A DNA stretch of 32,132 nt from an uncultured Clostridia bacterium. GTDB taxonomy: Bacteria; Bacillota; Halanaerobiia; CAZXKH01. Positions 1-8,088 of this stretch are shown here, in pieces. Where the stretch lies: assembly GCA_964641385.1 (NCBI GenBank), contig CAZXKH010000001.1, forward strand, positions 556 to 32,687, written 5' to 3'. The notes beneath the pieces were generated by a model. That model did no database searches and was not told the DNA's origin. It saw only the letters and a program-made list of their open reading frames with translations. A program made the translations under genes and the position numbers. How positions within the stretch are numbered: the first letter of the stretch is position 1; each line of letters starts with the position of its first letter.

Positions 1-669
1 AAAAGAGGCTTTACTGCCCATCAACCAACCATGGGAGACCCCTTTCAGCAGGGCGTAGATACCTCCTCCTTCAAAGAACTTGGAAAGACATACAGAATCC
101 TTGATGTATACTTCAAGCCATATGCTTCCTGCCGCTGGTCTCACCCTGCCCTGGATGCTATTAAGGCTTTAAAAGAAGAAAAAGGATTCAAGGCCTCTGA
201 AATAAAACATATTATTGTAGACAGTTTCAGCCAGGCTCTGACCCTCAGGGCAAGAGAGGCCACCGATGAGGAGACCATTCAGTACAGTATTCCTCTGGCT
301 GTAGCCCTGCTATTAATCTATGACCGGGAAGACCTGGCCCAGTTCGATATTGAAAGGTATCAGGATCAGAAGGTAACCAAGCTGGCACAGCGGGTTAAGC
401 TGCGATTCAATGAGGATCTTAACAAAAAATTCCCCCGTACCAGGGCAGCCCGGGTAACTGTTGAAACTGATGGTGGAAAGAAATATACAGAAGAAGTAAC
501 TGATCCTAAGGGAGGTAGCAAAAACCCTATGACAGAAGAGGAGTTAAAGCAGAAGTTTCTATCTCTGAGCGGGGAAGTAATCGGTGAGAATAAAGCCTGC
601 AGTCTGACAGAGACAGTCCTGCAGCTGGGGGAAAAGAATGGAATCAAGGAAATCTACCAGCTCCTGTAA
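1..669 (+). CDS. MmgE/PrpD family protein (2-methylcitrate dehydratase-like), C-terminal part; 5' end lies outside the window
   Basis: Frame 1 is open from base 1 (KRGFTAHQPT precedes the tracked Met at 31). Stop TAA at 667-669. FKPYASCRWSHPALDA and the following segment look like the MmgE/PrpD C-terminal domain. Confidence 0.75.
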   Translation, partial: KRGFTAHQPTMGDPFQQGVDTSSFKELGKTYRILDVYFKPYASCRWSHPALDAIKALKEEKGFKASEIKHIIVDSFSQALTLRAREATDEETIQYSIPLAVALLLIYDREDLAQFDIERYQDQKVTKLAQRVKLRFNEDLNKKFPRTRAARVTVETDGGKKYTEEVTDPKGGSKNPMTEEELKQKFLSLSGEVIGENKACSLTETVLQLGEKNGIKEIYQLL

Positions 670-701
670 ACATTATAAAATTCAAACATCAATCTAATAT
701 A

Positions 702-744
702 AAAACCCCCATACATTCCATCCATTTGGAACCGGGGGTTTTCT
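702..744. terminator. Bidirectional rho-independent terminator between convergent genes
   Basis: AAAACCCCC (702-710) pairs with GGGGGTTTT (734-742). An inner TTCCA (716-720)/TGGAA (727-731) pair extends the stem. An A-run lies 5' and a T-run lies 3', so it can terminate both the PrpD gene and the minus-strand small ORF. Confidence 0.6.
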
Positions 745-765
745 ATGCCTTAATATGATCTTTTC

Positions 766-954
766 TTATATCCAGAGGGAAAGGAGATAGTATGCTATTA
801 GATAAAAAATAGCGGCAACTACAGCAAAGGAAATACTCTCTTTGATCAGTTCCTTACCTCTTTTATTACCCCCCAGGCCCAGGAAGTTGTTGGCAGAAAC
901 TACATACCATAAAAAACCAACTACAACCATAAAGACCACTAACTCCAGCAGCAT
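766..954 (-). CDS. Small hypothetical membrane protein (62 aa, two hydrophobic helices)
   Basis: The ORF-track ORF 766..1014 is shortened to the ATG at 954, which is preceded by AGGGGGG about 9 nt upstream. Translation is MLLELVVFMVVVGFLWYVV...AVVAAIFYLIAYYLLSLWI. No family recognised. Confidence 0.4.
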   Translation of the reverse strand: MLLELVVFMVVVGFLWYVVSANNFLGLGGNKRGKELIKESISFAVVAAIFYLIAYYLLSLWI

Positions 955-1080
955 CAGCCTATTTCCCCCCTTGCAACAAATATGAGAAAAAACAGTAAAT
1001 TCAATATTACCCACTTATATTATCATTCAGCTGTAACTAAGGCCAATATATAGGACAGGATAGCATCGAAGGCCTATTAC

Positions 1081-2145
1081 CTATTTTTCTTGTAAGACCT
1101 CTCTTTTAAACTGTCCCGGAGTCTTGCCTTCCTTTTTTTTAAAGACCCGGCTGAAATAGCTGGCATCATAAAAACCTATCCGGGAAGCTATCTCATTCAG
1201 GGAGAATTTATCTTTGCTTAATAGATCCTTACCCTTTTTGATCCTGATCTGAGTTAAATACTCAATAACTGTCATTCCCGTCTCCTCTTTAAAAATCTTA
1301 CTTAAATAGGAGCTGCTAAGGTGAACCCTTTCGGCTATCTCATCCAGGGCGAGATTCTCCTGATAATCTTTTTGCAGAATTTTCTTCACCCTCATTACCA
1401 GAGAATACTTTTTACTCTTATGTCTTTCAATAACCAGATCTAAGAACTCCTGCAGGGTGTTACGGACCAGTTCTCTCTTTTCTGAGAAGGAATCCATACC
1501 TGATAGTTTCTGCATGGTTCTATCCTTAAGCTCCAGACAGGCTTCCGGGTCTCCCCCTCCTTCAATGGCGCCACGGGAGATAAAAATAATCAGTTCTATC
1601 AATTCATGCTTGCTGTTTTCCACTTCCTCCAGATAGTCCAATATTCTTATCATCTCATCCAGGGCTTTTTTTCGGTACCCCCATTTTACATCTTCAAAGA
1701 GATCCCGTTCACCGATCAATGAATATGATAAATCGGATCCTCTGGTACTGTTCCGGCTGGAGGAAAAGATCTCGTCCAGAATAACCTCTGTCAAATCAAC
1801 AAAGGGTATTCCATGGGGTATCTCCAGCAGGGGAAGTTTTAAGCTATCAGCCAGAGAACACATAGCCTCAGGTATCTGATCAAAGTAATAACCGACCTCA
1901 ATACCGACAGCAGAGATATCGATCTGTGCCAGTTCCTTCAAATAACGTAGCTGTAACAGACGATGGTTCTTAATCCCATGAGCACAGGTTAGTAGCAGCT
2001 CTCCACCATGAAGCCACTTGGCCATATCAACTGTATCACCGATATGTACCCAGCGGATAATATTATCGACTCCTTCATGGCCCCCTGCCAGCTTAATATC
2101 GCTCATGGCTGGAAGGTCTAAGGCCTCCTTAACTCTCAAAGTCAT
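1081..2145 (-). CDS. Transcriptional regulator with a PucR/PurC-like N-terminal domain fused to a C-terminal AraC-type HTH
   Basis: N-terminus LRVKEALDLPAMSDIKLAGGHEGVDNIIRWVHIGDT..WLHGGELLLT matches the PucR-family N-terminal ligand domain. C-terminus LSSSYLSKIFKEETGMTVIEYLTQIRIKKGKDLL...IGFYDASYFSRVFKKKEGKTPGQFK is an AraC/XylS HTH. ATG at 2145 has GAGGGGGAG 5 nt upstream. Confidence 0.8.
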   Translation of the reverse strand: MTLRVKEALDLPAMSDIKLAGGHEGVDNIIRWVHIGDTVDMAKWLHGGELLLTCAHGIKNHRLLQLRYLKELAQIDISAVGIEVGYYFDQIPEAMCSLADSLKLPLLEIPHGIPFVDLTEVILDEIFSSSRNSTRGSDLSYSLIGERDLFEDVKWGYRKKALDEMIRILDYLEEVENSKHELIELIIFISRGAIEGGGDPEACLELKDRTMQKLSGMDSFSEKRELVRNTLQEFLDLVIERHKSKKYSLVMRVKKILQKDYQENLALDEIAERVHLSSSYLSKIFKEETGMTVIEYLTQIRIKKGKDLLSKDKFSLNEIASRIGFYDASYFSRVFKKKEGKTPGQFKREVLQEK

Positions 2146-2166
2146 ACTATCTCCCCCTCATACTCG

Positions 2167-3612
2167 TTACCTGTCAGTCAGGATTAACAGGGCATTACTG
2201 ACTTTACTCTCTTCACCCTCTGAGGGAAGATTATAGATTCGATCCTGTAATACCATGGTGGTTGAACCACCACCATCAAGATTCATGGCCTCCACTGCTC
2301 CCAATCTGATCATTAGCTGGGCCAGCTCCTCCAGAGTAACTCCCTTGCTGTAGTCAGATCTGCCGCTGACAGTGGCAATCAGTACTTCCCCATCAGCAGT
2401 TATACCCAGCCCCGTTCTTGGAGCATAACCATCAGTTATATCAGATCTGAACTTTTCCTCAAGCCCGGTAACCTGAATCTGCCCATCACTTACCAGGCGC
2501 GGACCTCCACCTAAAGCATAGACAACCTCCTCCTGATTCCAGTGATCAGGTGAATAATTAAATCTTAAAGAAACAGCCTCCCCCGGCTCAAGCTCTTCCC
2601 TGAGACTTTTTACACCGGTTCCCCGTGCAGCCAGGACATATCCATTCCAGGGTATAATACCACCGGTATCTGTAGAAAAATCTGTAATAATATCATCTTC
2701 AATATAATATTCAATTTCTGCCTGCCCTGATGTCTGCAGTGCATATTTATGGTTGTAAAGAACGATCTCATCCTGCCCGGGAGGACGATTAACACCATCT
2801 ACTTCCACCAGGCTGCTACCAGTAGCCAGTTCAATACTAACATCCACCCGGTCCATTAATATATTGCCCTCTGCCGTTAAGCCCAGGGCTGTCCGCTGGT
2901 TAATGGGTTCACTGACCAGCATTGAATCAATAACCATCAAGCCCAGAGGACTGTATCTACCATCAAAGTATGTACCGTTAACTGCAGCCAGAGCCTGATA
3001 CCGGGCAGACATGGTAGTAACTTTCTCTCCCCCGGTAATTCGTTCCTGGGCAAGAACAGGCTGTAACATAAGTCCCGTATTAGGACCCAGTTCGGCCTTC
3101 AAAACATTAACCAGTAAAGGGCCAATCATGCCTCGCTGGCGAATCTGAGAGTACTCAAGACCCCTTGTGATTCTAACTTTAAAGTCGCTCTCCAGTTCCA
3201 GCTGTCGGCGGACATCAATTACTAAGCGATGAGGATCACTGAATAAATAACTCTCATATCCGGTGTAGTTATTTGTAAGATCGATTACCACCCGTAAACT
3301 ATCCCCCCAGCGTCCAAAGCGGAGTTTTTCCACGGAATATTCGTTAAAGTTCCATTCCTCAGCCACCTGATCAAGTTCGGTTTCCTCCAGATGAATAACA
3401 ATTCGCGGGGGAGAAGCCAGGAAAAAGAGATCGTATTCCGGCTCCTGCTCAAACTCAAAGACCAGTCGAAAATTATCCACCTCTGAACTATACCTTACCT
3501 CCCGCAAGTAATTGCCAGCCATAGCTTCTCCAGGCACAAATAAAAGAACAAACAGCAAGAATCCCAGGAAAACAGATAAAACCAGATATGCTTTTTGATG
3601 ATTAATTTTCAT
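2167..3612 (-). CDS. Secreted or membrane-anchored AMIN domain protein with a phosphodiester glycosidase (NAGPA/DUF2233-like) C-terminal domain
   Basis: Start moved to the ATG at 3612 (GGAGGGG then aataaa then ATG), giving MKINHQKAYLVLSVFLGFLLFVLLFVPGEAMA as a signal or anchor. RLVFEF...PPRIVIHL and LRVVIDL...DPHRLVIDV are AMIN-type repeats. The C-terminal NLDGGGSTTM motif is typical of phosphodiester glycosidases. Confidence 0.75.
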   Translation of the reverse strand: MKINHQKAYLVLSVFLGFLLFVLLFVPGEAMAGNYLREVRYSSEVDNFRLVFEFEQEPEYDLFFLASPPRIVIHLEETELDQVAEEWNFNEYSVEKLRFGRWGDSLRVVIDLTNNYTGYESYLFSDPHRLVIDVRRQLELESDFKVRITRGLEYSQIRQRGMIGPLLVNVLKAELGPNTGLMLQPVLAQERITGGEKVTTMSARYQALAAVNGTYFDGRYSPLGLMVIDSMLVSEPINQRTALGLTAEGNILMDRVDVSIELATGSSLVEVDGVNRPPGQDEIVLYNHKYALQTSGQAEIEYYIEDDIITDFSTDTGGIIPWNGYVLAARGTGVKSLREELEPGEAVSLRFNYSPDHWNQEEVVYALGGGPRLVSDGQIQVTGLEEKFRSDITDGYAPRTGLGITADGEVLIATVSGRSDYSKGVTLEELAQLMIRLGAVEAMNLDGGGSTTMVLQDRIYNLPSEGEESKVSNALLILTDR

Positions 3613-3649
3613 TTTATTCCCCTCCATATTACATATTCTACCCAAAAGG

Positions 3650-6043
3650 TTAAAAACCCTGCCCGGGATCCTTAATCAGCCAGGAAAAAAGAGTGATTAA
3701 ATCATCAAAAATTTCCTCCCGGCTCTCCTCTATTTGTAATTGAGCAAGATTAAAGGCCTTTTCAGCCCTGTCAAAATCAGCTGTAGCCAGGTAATTTAGA
3801 CCCAAATAAAAATAGATGGCCCCCTGATGATGACCATCCTCAAAGGCCCTGTTATAAAGACTTTGAGCCTGGCTCAAACTACCCTCCTGCTGGTGAACAA
3901 GAGCCTCTCCAATAACCTCTTCCCTTTGACTCATCTCCTCCAGCTCACCAATCTGTTCTTCCAGCAATACCCAGGAAGCTATCAGATTAGCAAGCTCTGC
4001 TTCCATCTCAGTCTCGGGATAAAGCTGGTGATAGCGCCTGAAATAGAATAAAGCCTCATTCAGATCAATAGTGAGCAGACTGCTTAAACCAAGACCCAGC
4101 AGTGGAATAGATCTATCTCCTCCAGCCCTTAAGGTCTGCTGCCAAAAAGACCTGGCCTCAAGCGGCTCACCTGCCTGCAGATGACACTCTGCCAGCCAGA
4201 GAAGGGCCTCAGGTAGAGGATATATCTCCACTGCCTCCCTCCATTTATTCTGTGCCTGTTCCCGGTCACCATCCCTGAAGGCCATCAAACCCTGACGAAA
4301 AATTAAACGGGAGATGTTCTCGTTATCAGCTGCTGCAAGCTCTGTGGTGAATAACTGAGAGGCCTCCTCAAGCATGGATTGAGCTTCCTCCTTAAGACCA
4401 TACTTAAGCAGCAACTCGCTCAGCTGAAGGTAGAGAGCCAGAGAAGATGAAGTTCCAATTGCACCCATCCAGAGTTCCAGAGCCTCTTCTTCCCGTCCCT
4501 GTTCCATAATGGCTCGACCCAGAGATAAAGTTAGGTCTGACTGACGAGGACTGAGGGCCAGAGCATACCTGAATTCCTGCTCGGCAGAGCTGTATTCCTG
4601 ATGCCGAAAATAAAAATCACCAAGCTCCCGGTGGTGCCACCATGAACCTCCCCTATTTACTGCCTCCCTGAGCAGCTCCTCGCTCTTTGCCAGCTCTCCT
4701 CTTTCCTCATAATGACGGGCAAGTGGTATGTATACCTCAGGCTGATCCCTGTCCAGTTCAAGGGCCAGCTGATAATACTCCAGAGCATTTTCCTCCCGGT
4801 CAAGAATAAGCAATAACTCTGCCTGAGAGAGATAATAATCAACCCGGCGGGGAGCCAGTTCAATAAGCTTCTCCCCCAGCTCCAGGGCCCTTTCCAGATA
4901 CTCTTCCTCCCTCTGACCCAGGTTTCGATAAACCCAGAAAAGATCCTCTCTCAGCTGCCTGTCCTCTGTCTCCAGCTCAAGGGCTTCCTCCAGTAGTGAA
5001 CGGGCCCTGTTGAAACTACCCTCCTCCATGCTGAAGCGGGCCCCCAGATGAAGCAGTTCCGGATCCTCCCTGCCACCAGGAGCCTCCAGGGCAATTTGGA
5101 CAGTATCACGGGCTCTAGCAGCTTCTCCCAGACGTCGGTAATAACTGATCAAATGACGATAGTATTCCAGTCTCTCACTGATTTGAACTGCATCCTCCAG
5201 CAGCTGTCGGGCTCTGCCCAGCTCATCATATCTACCGTATAATAAAGCCAGGCGGTAAAGAAGATTATGGTTTTGAGGATCCTCTTCCAGCAGCTTTTTT
5301 AGTTCTTTAATCTCCCGGTCACTGTCCACAAAACCAGCCGCAAAATCCTCTTCCGAGAGGCCAGTGTTCAGTGTCCAGTTGCGATAATAGACCTCCATTA
5401 AAAGATCATTATCTCTATCAAAAACCTCAATCCGCTGTGGCAGCCAGAGATCAGAAAAAAACCTCCAGTCACGATATCTGATCGTGGCCACCAGGTTCTG
5501 TGCTGCATTGTAGATCTCTATTTGCAGTGGAGCCATAAACTCCTCCCCCACCCAGATCATTTGTTCATAGAAGGGGTTTTTAAGCTGAAGCAGGTGGGCA
5601 TCACGGCCATTGACTGTAGCCTCTCCCACCAGCTGTGTCTGATATAGGTCATCCAGCTTAAGCCAGGGATCATCGGCAGAGGTAGTAAGCCGGGGGATAG
5701 TCTGCTGCAGCACCCTGTAGTCAGGGGGAAGGTATATCCAGGGCAAAGACTTTAAAAGTCGACCCTCATCAGTTGACAGGAGGTCAAAAAAGGATGGAAT
5801 CCTGCTGATCATTGATCGTTCCCGGTTCTTTTTTAGTTCTGTCTCAGAGATAGAGGTCTCTTCTTCAAGGTGGACCCTAACTTCTAGCAGTCCAGAAAAA
5901 TCCTCCACCAGAGAGAGGTTGCCCTGGACCTTCTTCTTTACCTCCTCCAGCAAAAGGTCCTGAGCCTGGACTGGAGGTAAGCAGCAAAAAAGAAATAAAA
6001 AGATAAAAAATATAGAAGCTAAAGAATATGTATTTTTCTTCAA
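3650..6043 (-). CDS. Secreted protein with an N-terminal LolA/RseB-like domain (tentative) followed by long, very acidic TPR repeats
   Basis: Signal peptide MKKNTYSLASIFFIFLFLFCCLPPVQA-QD. The first ~230 aa resemble lipoprotein-sorting (LolA-like) fold proteins at recognition level only. The rest is repeated A-x-x-Y-Y/L-x-L-G TPR-like helices. The TTG start at 6043 overlaps the upstream stop (TTGA), with GAGGAGG 7 nt upstream. Confidence 0.7.
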   Translation of the reverse strand: MKKNTYSLASIFFIFLFLFCCLPPVQAQDLLLEEVKKKVQGNLSLVEDFSGLLEVRVHLEEETSISETELKKNRERSMISRIPSFFDLLSTDEGRLLKSLPWIYLPPDYRVLQQTIPRLTTSADDPWLKLDDLYQTQLVGEATVNGRDAHLLQLKNPFYEQMIWVGEEFMAPLQIEIYNAAQNLVATIRYRDWRFFSDLWLPQRIEVFDRDNDLLMEVYYRNWTLNTGLSEEDFAAGFVDSDREIKELKKLLEEDPQNHNLLYRLALLYGRYDELGRARQLLEDAVQISERLEYYRHLISYYRRLGEAARARDTVQIALEAPGGREDPELLHLGARFSMEEGSFNRARSLLEEALELETEDRQLREDLFWVYRNLGQREEEYLERALELGEKLIELAPRRVDYYLSQAELLLILDREENALEYYQLALELDRDQPEVYIPLARHYEERGELAKSEELLREAVNRGGSWWHHRELGDFYFRHQEYSSAEQEFRYALALSPRQSDLTLSLGRAIMEQGREEEALELWMGAIGTSSSLALYLQLSELLLKYGLKEEAQSMLEEASQLFTTELAAADNENISRLIFRQGLMAFRDGDREQAQNKWREAVEIYPLPEALLWLAECHLQAGEPLEARSFWQQTLRAGGDRSIPLLGLGLSSLLTIDLNEALFYFRRYHQLYPETEMEAELANLIASWVLLEEQIGELEEMSQREEVIGEALVHQQEGSLSQAQSLYNRAFEDGHHQGAIYFYLGLNYLATADFDRAEKAFNLAQLQIEESREEIFDDLITLFSWLIKDPGQGF

Positions 6044-7044
6044 TCCCTGGCCTCCTCTCCAGCAAAAAGAGTAAAGAGAGCCTTTATTTTTCCCACCTTT
6101 TTTTGATGATTGTTCCTTAGATCTGGCTCCCAGTACTCCTGTAAGTGCTCATTCTCCCCCTCCTCCAGCAGGCCAATCTCTCTCAGAAATCTAAGCACAA
6201 CAGGAGGCAGAGCTCTGGCCCTACCATCACTAATCTTTACAGCAACCCCCATGGGAGGAGAGAAAAGAGCAAAACAGAAAATTCCCTCGGCCCCGGATTT
6301 GGCCAGTATAGATCCTGGCAGGGCCCTCATTAGTGCAGTATTAAAACGATCACTGCCTGCCACCAGCATGGGGTGCTCCATCATAGAAGAGACCACAGTA
6401 GATATCGCCTCTTCCTGCCGGGTAGCCAGACGGGCATAGGCCAGGGCCATCCTTTCCATGGTAAGGGCAAAGACAGGTGCTCCACAGCCATCGATTCCCA
6501 GCTGCATCTCCTCTGAACAAAGAGAGGTCAGCTCTAAGACCGTTGATCTAATTAAATGCTGCAGAGGACTTTCATGTTCCAGGTAATTCTCCAGCTGCCA
6601 GCCCATCTGTCTGACCAAAGCCAGCATGCCACTGTGTTTCCCCGAACAGTTGCAGTGGAGAGCATTCGGCTTCTTTCCCGCCTGATAGAGAGCCTTACGA
6701 CTGCCCCGGTGTAAGGGAGGATGTACACCACACTGCAGATAGGAGCTGTCAAGCCCTATCTTCTCCAGAATCGATTTAACCAGACTTACATGTTCAGCTT
6801 CCCCACTGTGGGAGGCAGCCATCACTGCCAGCTCACGGCTGTTAAAGCCAAAGTCCTCATGAGCCCCTTTCCTGAGCAGGGGAATCAGCTGCAGGGGTTT
6901 GGCAGCTGAACGCATATAGGTGATCCGCTGACTGTCTCCACAGCTGTAAAGAATACGGCCCTCGCTGTTAACAGCCACCAGATCACCAGCATGAATGCTT
7001 TCTTCAACCTCTCCCCTAATAACAGCTGCCAGGGTAGTAGCCAT
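6040..7044 (-). CDS. Asparaginase II family (Rhizobium-etli-type, beta-lactamase-like fold) amidohydrolase
   Basis: MRSAAKPLQ (S-x-x-K), CNCSGKHSGM and GIDGCGAP motifs match the asparaginase_II family. Start moved to the ATG at 7044, preceded by GGAGGG plus 7 nt. No signal peptide. Confidence 0.8.
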   Translation of the reverse strand: MATTLAAVIRGEVEESIHAGDLVAVNSEGRILYSCGDSQRITYMRSAAKPLQLIPLLRKGAHEDFGFNSRELAVMAASHSGEAEHVSLVKSILEKIGLDSSYLQCGVHPPLHRGSRKALYQAGKKPNALHCNCSGKHSGMLALVRQMGWQLENYLEHESPLQHLIRSTVLELTSLCSEEMQLGIDGCGAPVFALTMERMALAYARLATRQEEAISTVVSSMMEHPMLVAGSDRFNTALMRALPGSILAKSGAEGIFCFALFSPPMGVAVKISDGRARALPPVVLRFLREIGLLEEGENEHLQEYWEPDLRNNHQKKVGKIKALFTLFAGEEARD

Positions 7045-7073
7045 TATTAATCCCTCCAAAAAAAATAAAAGCC

Positions 7074-7424
7074 CTAAAGATCAATTAATCCCAGGCTGAT
7101 CTCCAGTGCTTCATTGACTTTTGTTATTATATCTTGATCAAGATGAGTAACCTGCCGCTGTAGTCTTTTTTTATCTATGGTTCGCACCTGCTCCAAAAGA
7201 ATCACAGAATCCTTCTCCAGCTGACCCGCTTCAGCTTCTATTTCAACATGGGTGGGCAGTTTTGCTTTATCAATTCGGGAGGTAATAGCAGCCACTATTA
7301 CTGTCGGGCTGTACCTGTTTCCCACATCATTCTGGATAATAAGCACCGGGCGAACCCCACCCTGTTCTGAACCCACAACCGGGTTCAGATCTGCATAAAA
7401 GACATCACCTCTTTTTATAGACAC
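7074..7424 (-). CDS. mazF: MazF/EndoA (PemK family) type II toxin endoribonuclease
   Basis: [47 protein letters not shown]...KLPTHVEI is a near-canonical EndoA/MazF sequence. I prefer the GTG at 7424 (MSIKRGDV...), 1 nt after the mazE stop with GGAG ~10 nt upstream. The ORF track begins at the TTG at 7442. Confidence 0.9.
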   Translation of the reverse strand: MSIKRGDVFYADLNPVVGSEQGGVRPVLIIQNDVGNRYSPTVIVAAITSRIDKAKLPTHVEIEAEAGQLEKDSVILLEQVRTIDKKRLQRQVTHLDQDIITKVNEALEISLGLIDL

Positions 7425-7425
7425 C

Positions 7426-7701
7426 TCACTCACACTCCGCAAGATTCGATTCGTAGGCCATCAGTCGCTTCTTTTCTCCTACCAGATCCTCATTGGCCAG
7501 CTGTAGATTAAGGGTACCCATCTCCAGATAGCCCTGCCTCATTCTTTCCCGAATCTCTCTCCTTTTCTTCTCGGAAATATACAGCCTCATGGCCTCTCTT
7601 ATAAACTGACTGCGATTCAGGTTTTCCCTTTCAACTATCCCATCAACTTCCTCCAGCAGGTTAAGGGGCAGACTGATCATTACCCGCTTTAGATTACGCA
7701 A
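7426..7701 (-). CDS. mazE: MazE/EndoAI-type antitoxin, ribbon-helix-helix (CopG family)
   Basis: [37 protein letters not shown] is an RHH fold. The C-terminal [18 protein letters not shown] tail follows. It sits immediately upstream of mazF. The TTG at 7701 lies 6 nt after GGAGGTG; the track start at 7716 falls inside that SD. Confidence 0.8.
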   Translation of the reverse strand: MRNLKRVMISLPLNLLEEVDGIVERENLNRSQFIREAMRLYISEKKRREIRERMRQGYLEMGTLNLQLANEDLVGEKKRLMAYESNLAECE

Positions 7702-7744
7702 AGATAGCACCTCCAACCAGGGGATCCAGTTCTATTATATATTT

Positions 7745-7774
7745 ATTATATACAGTAAACAATAAAATTGTCAA
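7745..7774 (-). promoter_or_regulatory. Putative sigma-A promoter of mazEF
   Basis: On the minus strand, TTGACA (7774-7769) is followed by an 18-nt spacer and TATAAT (7750-7745). An AT-rich stretch lies upstream. Confidence 0.5.
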
Positions 7775-7860
7775 TATTATCAGGCAGTGAGTCATATAGC
7801 CTATCTGCTGACTATTTTCCACATCAAATGTCCAAATTATTCAAAAATATGTAGGGGAAA

Positions 7861-7897
7861 AAACAAAAAAGAAAGAAAAAAGGCGATGAAAATCGCC
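7861..7897 (-). terminator. Rho-independent terminator of the 52-aa ORF
   Basis: On the minus strand, GGCGAT-TTTC-ATCGCC (7897-7882) is followed by TTTTTTCTTTCTTTTTTGTTT. It begins 33 nt after the TAA at 7930-7932. Confidence 0.6.
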
Positions 7898-7929
7898 TCT
7901 TGGTATACATCCCTTATTGGGTATTGGTA

Positions 7930-8088
7930 TTACTCTTCCATCTCACTGAGAGAGATAAACCCTTCTTCGGCCAGCTCAAGATTGATAGGCCCCATCTTCC
8001 TGTAACCTTCTTTCATTCTCTCAATTAATTGTCTTTTTCGTTCTTCTTTGCCACTTTTCTCTCTGGAACTGGATGAATTGTCGGCCAT
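7930..8088 (-). CDS. Small ORF absent from the ORF track (52 aa): stand-alone MazE C-terminal-segment paralogue lacking the RHH domain
   Basis: Hand translation of the minus strand gives ATG at 8088 ... TAA at 7932-7930 = MADNSSSSREKSGKEERKRQLIERMKEGYRKMGPINLELAEEGFISLSEMEE. Residues 17-44 align without gaps to MazE residues 51-78, with 13 of 28 identical. Weak SD (GGTGA ~8 nt upstream). It has its own terminator. Confidence 0.5.
   Translation of the reverse strand: MADNSSSSREKSGKEERKRQLIERMKEGYRKMGPINLELAEEGFISLSEMEE

Noticed and set aside
1040-1075. AGGCC ... GGCCT inverted repeat downstream of the regulator gene, considered as a terminator.
   Set aside because: It has a 5-bp stem, a 26-nt loop and no T-tract.
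7062-7097. Possible terminator between mazF and the asparaginase-like gene: AGCCCT (7070-7075) / AGGCT (7093-7097), followed on the minus strand by UUUUAUUUUUUUU.
   Set aside because: The stem is only 5 bp with a bulge and a 17-nt loop that contains the mazF stop codon. That is too weak to call; at most it is a partial attenuator.
7787-8005. Plus-strand 72-aa ORF in the mazE/mini-ORF intergenic region.
   Set aside because: It has no SD and a low-complexity, AT-driven sequence. It runs through the minus-strand terminator and antisense to the better-supported 52-aa ORF.
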